Positions 57,379 to 57,449 of a stretch of DNA of 57,449 bases are shown piece by piece; position 1 is the stretch's first letter, and every line of letters starts with the position of its first letter. This DNA is from Treponema sp. (GTDB taxonomy: Bacteria > Spirochaetota > Spirochaetia > Treponematales > Breznakiellaceae). Below the pieces are notes generated by a model, which was given only the letters and a program-made list of their open reading frames with translations, did no database searches and was not told the origin of the DNA. The DNA lies in contig JAIRLU010000125.1 of NCBI GenBank assembly GCA_031259215.1, positions 1-57,449 of the forward strand, given 5' to 3'. A program made the translations under genes and the position numbers.

Positions 57379-57449
57379 GAGGTATATCCAGACCAAAATA
57401 AGCGGACAGACATTCTTTGAGATACTTCATTACGGATATTTTCTGTATG

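Noticed and set aside
1-57449. Scan of the whole window for CRISPR arrays, rRNA genes and additional tRNAs.
   Set aside because: No regularly spaced direct repeats, no rRNA-like segments and no second cloverleaf were seen. The only periodic elements are the hairpin repeats reported above.

Overview
The window reads as a spirochaete chromosome segment. I infer a homoacetogenic Treponema, T. primitia-like, from three things: FlaA sheath-protein genes, the xerC-hslV-hslU-flgB synteny, and a full Wood-Ljungdahl cluster. I ran no database search. From left to right the content is as follows.

(1) 1..3188: a decayed integrative island at the 3' end of a tRNA(CAT). It holds an IS1-family transposase wreck, a small HTH gene, an intact hicAB toxin-antitoxin pair and a broken tyrosine integrase.

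(2) 3610..7816: the N-degron cluster clpS-clpA-aat. clpS and clpA are separated by an unusual 582-nt spacer.

(3) 8429..23146, minus strand: an acetogenesis supercluster in the order metF, metF stump, metF', fhs, fchA, folD, cooS, cooC, acsB, acsD, acsC, acsE.

(4) 23641..26781: an rluA-like gene, trkH and pth.

(5) 26776..34137, minus strand: flgB-flgC-fliE-fliF-fliG-fliH-fliI-fliJ, preceded by xerC-hslV-hslU.

(6) 37443..51049, minus strand: topA, dprA, a TPR gene, xerD and a compact dcw cluster (rsmH-ftsL-murF-mraY-ftsW-ftsQ-ftsA-ftsZ).

(7) 51770..57378: an orphan nuclease-like gene, two tandem flaA paralogues, a membrane protein, an IS200-like unit, and a low-GC gene resembling archaeal-type D-aminoacyl-tRNA deacylase (DTD2).

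The most unusual signal is not a gene. Six copies of a roughly 110-140 nt composite three-hairpin repeat sit in intergenic gaps, three of them inside operons. The copies share a conserved loop motif, covarying stems and a terminator-like central hairpin. I could not assign them to any named repeat or ncRNA family.

Secondary signals:
- a higher-GC fhs-metF block next to a 29-codon metF stump, which looks like the footprint of a gene replacement;
- a strong-RBS 51-codon membrane mini-ORF in the position where mraZ usually sits;
- two long perfect inverted repeats (18 bp and 16 bp).

I saw no rRNA genes and no CRISPR array. All protein calls rest on motif recognition from the supplied translations, not on searches.
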